Source: Catajapyx aquilonaris (Eukaryota). Taken from it: a stretch of DNA of 54,503 nt. Location of the stretch: NCBI GenBank assembly GCA_000934665.2, contig KZ538675.1, positions 1 through 54,503 on the forward strand, in the 5' to 3' direction. Below the pieces are notes generated by a model. The model was not told the origin of the DNA, did not search any database, and saw only the letters and a list, made by a program, of their open reading frames with translations. The position numbers were made by a program, and so were the translations under genes. Positions 48,174 through 54,503 of this stretch are shown piece after piece (the stretch's first letter is position 1; every line of letters starts with the position of its first letter).

Positions 48174-50585
48174 CTAGTTGAGTTTGTTTGAACACCATAA
48201 AACAAAGGGTAGAAGGATGTGAATGAAACAGGGTTGGCTCATTTGGGCCATACTTCTGTACCACACATCATCCTGTCCTCTGCGACTTTGTATTGGCCTG
48301 TATGTTTTGTTTAAAACCTGCATATCTGGTGCATAGATATGTCGAAATCCTTCCATCTATACGAAAGGGATGTGAATGTTATTTTACAAGAACATCATCA
48401 GAAGTTGTGTTGACATACCTGCTGCAGAGACACATGTGATGGATCTTCAAAAACTATCCATTTCACTCCTACTGTGCAGTCAGGGGTGGTCAGTGATCCA
48501 TTGTAATAAAAGAATCGGTCAATTGCAACCGGTAACAGGTCTCTCAAGGGTGGCAGATCCTTTATTTTGGAATTGTTTCCAGAGAGGTTAATTTTGTGCA
48601 GCAAGCTTAAGGCAGGCCTGTATTGGTAGTTTTCCGTTGCATGAACCTTTAAAAAATCAAAAGCATTGGTGAGCCATTGCGGTGACGAATTCTCCTGTTT
48701 TACTTTTCTTTTACTCTCTCGGTGCTTATCAACGTACTTCAAACAGAACTCCTAGGACAAGAACACCTCTGTTTGCCAAAGCCTGCCTCATTGTCCTGTA
48801 CTTCTCATTTGCATGAACGAAGTGCGCCTCCAGGGGATACCTGCAGATTATTATACAGTAAGTAGCTGTTGAAGTAAGTAGCAGGTTGCATATGATATAA
48901 TACAGTGAAATATAGCTAATGCGGACTCTGGATACAGCTGAAACTTTACCTTGGTCCCAGAGGAGGATATTCAAAGCATGTAATTAAAACATGTTCAGTA
49001 TGAAAAATATTTACGGAAGAGAGTGTGCATCTGAGGATTAGTCCATGATTGTCATTTGTCACATTAGTGTTCGTTAGAAAAATAGTAATTGCAACTTTGA
49101 CTTTACTGTTCATTGTCGATCCTATGTTCACTGCCATGAAAATGCGTCTCTCCCCAGTGAAAATGGATCTCCTGAAAAGCATAGACATCTTTCCCTAGAT
49201 GAGCGCCAGACACCGTTGGGGTAGAGCCTTTCCATTCTGCTAATAATCTTACTGGAAATAATTAGAAGTGAACAACAACCATTATTTTGCAGCACATGTT
49301 TACAACATCCTGTCAGGTGTTGGATTTAAAAATTAGCAACAAGACATACCTCCATGTCCTGTGTTTTGTAAAGTAAAAGACTTTGCCTTCTGATGGTAGT
49401 TTTTGAAGATAAGAGGCGGAGCACCAGGAATTGCATTTGCCTTTGCTTCATTTGAATTTATGTCAATTGGTGACTGGTCATGATTATGATCATGACACTG
49501 TTGCGGCCACTTATCAGGTCCTGTGGAATTCAGATATATTATGCAAATGTAAGTAAAGTGATATCAACTGCATCTTACCATTCGGATGTTCATATCCCCA
49601 GTTAACATACTGAGAGCAGCAATCTGAAAATATATATTAATTTGAATTTGTATTTTTTCAGGAACAAGTGTGGAATAAGAATACATTTTCTCCCACATAA
49701 CGTACGATGTAAACGGTACATGCCATTACACTCTTGCGCTTCGTCCTCGACTACACACTTTGCGCACTGTAATTACATCTAAATTGTAATAACACCTTTA
49801 CCATCCGGTCTGCATGGAGCCAGACCAAAGCCCCCATTTTCATACTAGATCATATAGAATTTCCCCTACACTGCCCATGGCCTAATGATCATGTTAATAT
49901 GGCATGTAACTGATCGTGATGTGGCATCATGACACTCTGTGTCTTCTTTCTAATTAGGTGTCCATCGCATTCATTCATTATGTAGAGGCACATTATCTGC
50001 CCGAGACATCTCTGAAGCGCACCACCGAGTAAGTGAATATTGATGCGGTAATTAGAGATTTACCTGCTTGAAATTATGGATCATATGACACGTAACGCGA
50101 GCCATTCCGTAACGTTATTGCAAACTTCGTAATTTTAATTTAAGAAATTATTATGCGTACGTACAGGAAATAGGTGATGACGAATTCGTGCTGGACGTAG
50201 CGATGCCGTCTCCTATAAAACAGACATTCATCTTCGTTTGCATTCATTGGAGCCGATTAGCCCTGACAAGTATCCGGAAAGTCCGTTTTTTTAAAAAAAT
50301 GTAACGTTACATAAAACCGCGTTTTAATTACGTGGCTTAAAAATTGACGCCCTGATATAATAATGTGATTTTAAAATTATTTGATCCTTAAAAATCGCTA
50401 AAAAGGCAAATTAAAAAATTAGTAACCTCCTATAGTGAGCTTAATCAGTGTATGGTCTGCTGCTCTAACGTACGTAAATTAATTACGTACAGTCGTACAC
50501 AAAAGTGAACTTGCCTTTCCGAATTCAATTAAATTTTTTTTGTCCAGTTTTCACCTACAGACATCAGCAAGATTATCAATAGCAT
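48174..50585 (-). CDS. Alpha-carbonic anhydrase, secreted or GPI-anchored type, 7 exons
   Basis: Exons 50585-50555 (signal MLLIILLMSV), 49623-49579 (WGY), 49520-49350 (GPDKWP..QSPIDI..NTGHG), 49251-49107 (EIHFHWG..GSEH), 48840-48738 (YPLEAHFVH), 48646-48419 (YNGSLTTPDC) and 48356-48174 (YRPIQ, hydrophobic tail). All three Zn-binding His are present. Confidence 0.93.
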
Positions 50586-53500
50586 TTTGTTCAGAATTTA
50601 TGATCGATTATGCAAGACTTATAATTGTGTCAGATTCTACTTTGCAAGGCTTCTAAGAAAGTGTAATGAGCACGAATAAATTATCTGGAATTTCGACCTG
50701 ATTAAACTGATTACGGATTCCTGGCAGGTTCTAAAATTAGTACTTTGATAACATTCGTCGGTACAGATTGAGTTCTTCGAATGCAGATATGTCTGAGTCT
50801 GCATCGAATTTGGGCGGCGTCTTTGGTGCCTTGAATTCCCTTTAATTTTGCCAGAGGAAGTAAGACCAAATCGACGGATTTCCATAATCTGATTTGACTC
50901 GCATAATTTATATCAAGGTACGGAAATAATTATCTGGAGGATAAAAAAAATAGGTGGAAATGCACAGTATCGCAAGTGTGACACCATATCCTGTAAAACC
51001 GTCAGGGTCATTTTTTAGGTCTTGAAATAAAACGGTGTGACATTTGTCAGTTTTCCAAAAGAGTGATTTTTATAACAGGATTGCAAGCGGTTAAGAGCAA
51101 AACGACAGTTATCAGGACTTCACCTATAAACCAAGATAATTACATATGCTGTTCAAGTATTTACTGCGTGTTTGCACCGTTTTTAAACAAAAAATGGATT
51201 GTGCATTAAACGTATTATGCTTAAAAAAACACACGAAGGATGGGGGGGGTGAATTACAGTACTTTGAACGTATATAAAACCCACCTTTTTAAGTAATAAT
51301 TTGACATTATGGAGATGGTGCGTTTGCGGTTAAGACTTTGCCAAAAGTTATGCGTCTAAAGTTAGCTATCGTTACGAGGAGGAGGGAGCCGAAGATTGGA
51401 TTCAAACTAGGTAAATTTGCACAAAATTTTTACAAAGACTATAAATAGGTGAATCAGCTTTAAAGAAACCTTGGAAAGTTTTAGTACAGGCAATTATTGA
51501 AGACAATTGTTACACTTCCGAAAGCCAAGGTTAATTACTTTTCGTTTGGTAGAAAAAGACAGTTTTTGCTGAAAATCTCCTCACTTTTTGTGTCCCACTT
51601 TTTTTTTTTTGGGATGACATCGTAAGGTAAGATCCATTTTTCCCCTCCCCAATATTTACATACAAAAGACACCCAAGTGCATTCTGAGGTCAATCATGTC
51701 TAGAATTTCAATCGTGTCAACGTCATCATAAAGTTTGCATTCCTCTTTATGCATAACACTTTCATTTTGGTTCCGCTGTATTATGACACTGTCTGTAGTT
51801 ATGAAAGTTCCTTAACATCTCGGACGTAATCTTTCCGCTTAATACACATTAAATAGTAGGGTAAGTCTTCTATTCAAAATGTAGGTTAAGGTGAAAATTA
51901 CGTCAAAAGATCGGTTTCATGTTGAGTTTTAGATGTGTAAATATTTGCATGCTGATCAAGTTATGTTGGTTCATCAAATTTTGGCAGTGTTTGCATTACT
52001 AAGTATTTCACTTAAAATTAGGCTATCATTACCAGTGCTCATAAGGACATCAGCATGGTCATCAAGAAGTGACCGCTTTTCATTGGAAGATGCCGCGCAT
52101 AAATTGAACCCCAAACAAGTCCATTGACTCTACATCCCACAACTTCCAAAGATGTTTCAGAACATATTTTAATAGTTCACATGCGTCATATTAAATGACA
52201 CATCCTGTCGTCTGGGCTTCCCTACGTGGACCGTTGGAAATTATACACGTCAAATGTTTAAGGAAGTTTCCTTCTTCCTACTAAACTTGTTCCTTATGAG
52301 TGTTCCGGTATTTTTCCCTTGCTGATATGCTGTTTCAGGCTATAAAAAAAACCGGACAAGCTTCACTCGCACATTACCTGCCTGATTAATACACAAATAG
52401 TACCAGGTCAGATAACAGTCTTCGATTTTTCGGCCTGAAATTAAATGACCGTGAGATTGAACAGCATGTATCCAAAAGGGAATAACTAATCGCAAATTTG
52501 CAAGCACGAATCAATCACGGAAGCAGGTTTATAAAATATAAATACTACAAATCAATGCCAAATTTATCACCTATCAAGGACATTGCTATAAAATTATCCA
52601 TACCATGTAATATCAGGAGTGTGAAGTAACTAAGTATCAAGCCGTTTTCCATCAGGTCCTCTAACTATATCCACACACTAATGTCGCTCTTCCTGAGTTC
52701 TTCTTTATATGACCCCCTCTAGAGCTACTATTAAGCTAGCCTGGGTTTGAACTCAGCCTTGCACTGCTTTTGACTGAGTAGAAAAGGGGGCCGATGGGTT
52801 AATGGATCATCTTCTCGCGCTTCATTTCGGACCTTGCGCCTGCGCGAAACCCATTGCGCAGTACCAACCCAATAGGTCACTTATATATACTGGTAATCAA
52901 AGTATACCAAATGAGGCATTAAATCATGTGAGGGATCAAACAATACGATATATTCCGACCATGACACATATTGGGTCGCATATGTTGCTTTTTAATTTCA
53001 TAACTACATTGTCTAATAGTTTTATAATTAAATGTTGAGATGGTGTCATGACATTTTTTTTGTAGCTGTCGAAATTTTAAAAGAGGTGTTCCAGACTCAT
53101 CAAGCTCGACATCCCAGCTTCTATTGTCAAGAGGGTAAATAATGGAAGAGTAATTAGTCTCACATTTCTTGGGAAACAGCGCTTGCAATATTACTTACTG
53201 TCACTGTTATTTCCTTCTCATGGACGATAAACGTTTCTGCTATTCCAGGCTGAACATGTCATTTCATTTTTATAACGCTCTTATGTTGGTACAGTCTTGT
53301 AAGAGTGTGAAATATTTATGTATTTATCAGAAGAATATAACTCTTCGTGTTTAGAAGATGCGTGATATTCGCACGTGCGTAGCGCACCTATTATTTTATA
53401 CCTTTGTAATCATTTTAAACACTATGTTGGCAGCGGATGATGATGCCATGCTTGATTATAATACTTTAACCTTTGTTTATTGAAGAACTGTGTAAACCGT

Positions 53501-54503
53501 GAAATCAGCACAGTATGTCGTAGCCAAAAATAACACCCAAGACTTCCTGCTATTCGCTCAGGTGATTTTTCAATCATACCCGATACATTGAATCTATTGG
53601 ATCACTAATTACATCAATAACCACCATCATACAAACACACTTTGACCTTACATGTCACGCATGAATTCACAAAAAAATTTGTTTCAAAAATATTAGTACC
53701 TCAACAAAAAGCGAATTAAATAAAGTGTGTGCTTCGTCTCGGATGGTGCAAAAGTGAGCCTGCGGAAACACATGATGGTCACGATAAGGAAACGCAAGCA
53801 CGGGAACCATTGACGACGTGTGCCAAAGCGTGACCCCCCCCNCCGTCATTTACGAGTTGTCCTCGTCTTGAATTGCCACCTTGTTCTTCATGTTGTTGTT
53901 TGGGGTACCGAACACCACATGGATTCCCCGACCACAATAGGAGTTGCTGTGAGTCACTTTCGGTGACTTCAGTAGGGGGTTTTTGCCGAAGGTAAGAAAT
54001 TTTGTTTTTTTTGGGGGGGGGGGGGATGGCAAGTCATCAAATTCTGAGAAAATAAGTTCAAAATACATTACGTGTATTGTTTACATTTGTAATTGTAAAT
54101 TCCGGCACTGGGTGGGAATGTTACACCAACTGCGGCATTATTGGCACACAATTTTTTTTTTTGTTACTTTGTCGATAGCGTGTGAAATTACAGATACATG
54201 TGCTGGTAACACCTGGGAATTTTGGCATTTCCGTCACGCTAGTGTTTTTCAAGGAATGGAGACGTTTGTGTTTTGATAATATTTTAGCGGTTTTTTTTTT
54301 GTACAATTTTTATGAACACTGGTATGGATGCACTGTAATCTAGATTTAAAATGATAGTAGGGTCTACTGTTGATTACTAGAGACAAAACAATCTGCATTT
54401 TTTTTTAAAAAAAGAAACCTTGGTGGGAGTGTATGACACATTTTCATCAGGTGTGTGGGAACATTGTTGTCCAAGGTTATGGAGTCGTTGCAATAAAATT
54501 CCC

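Overview
Eukaryotic (animal, probably arthropod or other invertebrate) genomic DNA, AT-rich, with GT-AG introns, many SINEs and MITEs, and a few assembly Ns. From left to right: (1) a frameshifted fibrinogen-related-domain pseudogene; (2) a disrupted ZMYND11-like (winged helix-PHD-bromo-PWWP) pseudogene; (3) an intact 11-exon S6 kinase gene on the minus strand; (4) head-to-head with it, an intact 7-exon, about 1072 aa, highly divergent PIWI-clade Argonaute whose slicer residues are substituted and whose probable 3' UTR carries three long fold-back elements; (5) a 6-exon RNF25 (RWD + split RING-H2) gene; (6) inside the last RNF25 intron, an intronless same-strand ORF with HD-like motifs resembling the phage/bacterial DUF5662 family, preceded by an in-frame phase-0 splice acceptor and followed by its own AATAAA; (7) a 7-exon alpha-carbonic anhydrase on the minus strand, probably secreted or GPI-anchored. 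Exon boundaries were read by hand and family assignments come from motif recall, not database searches.
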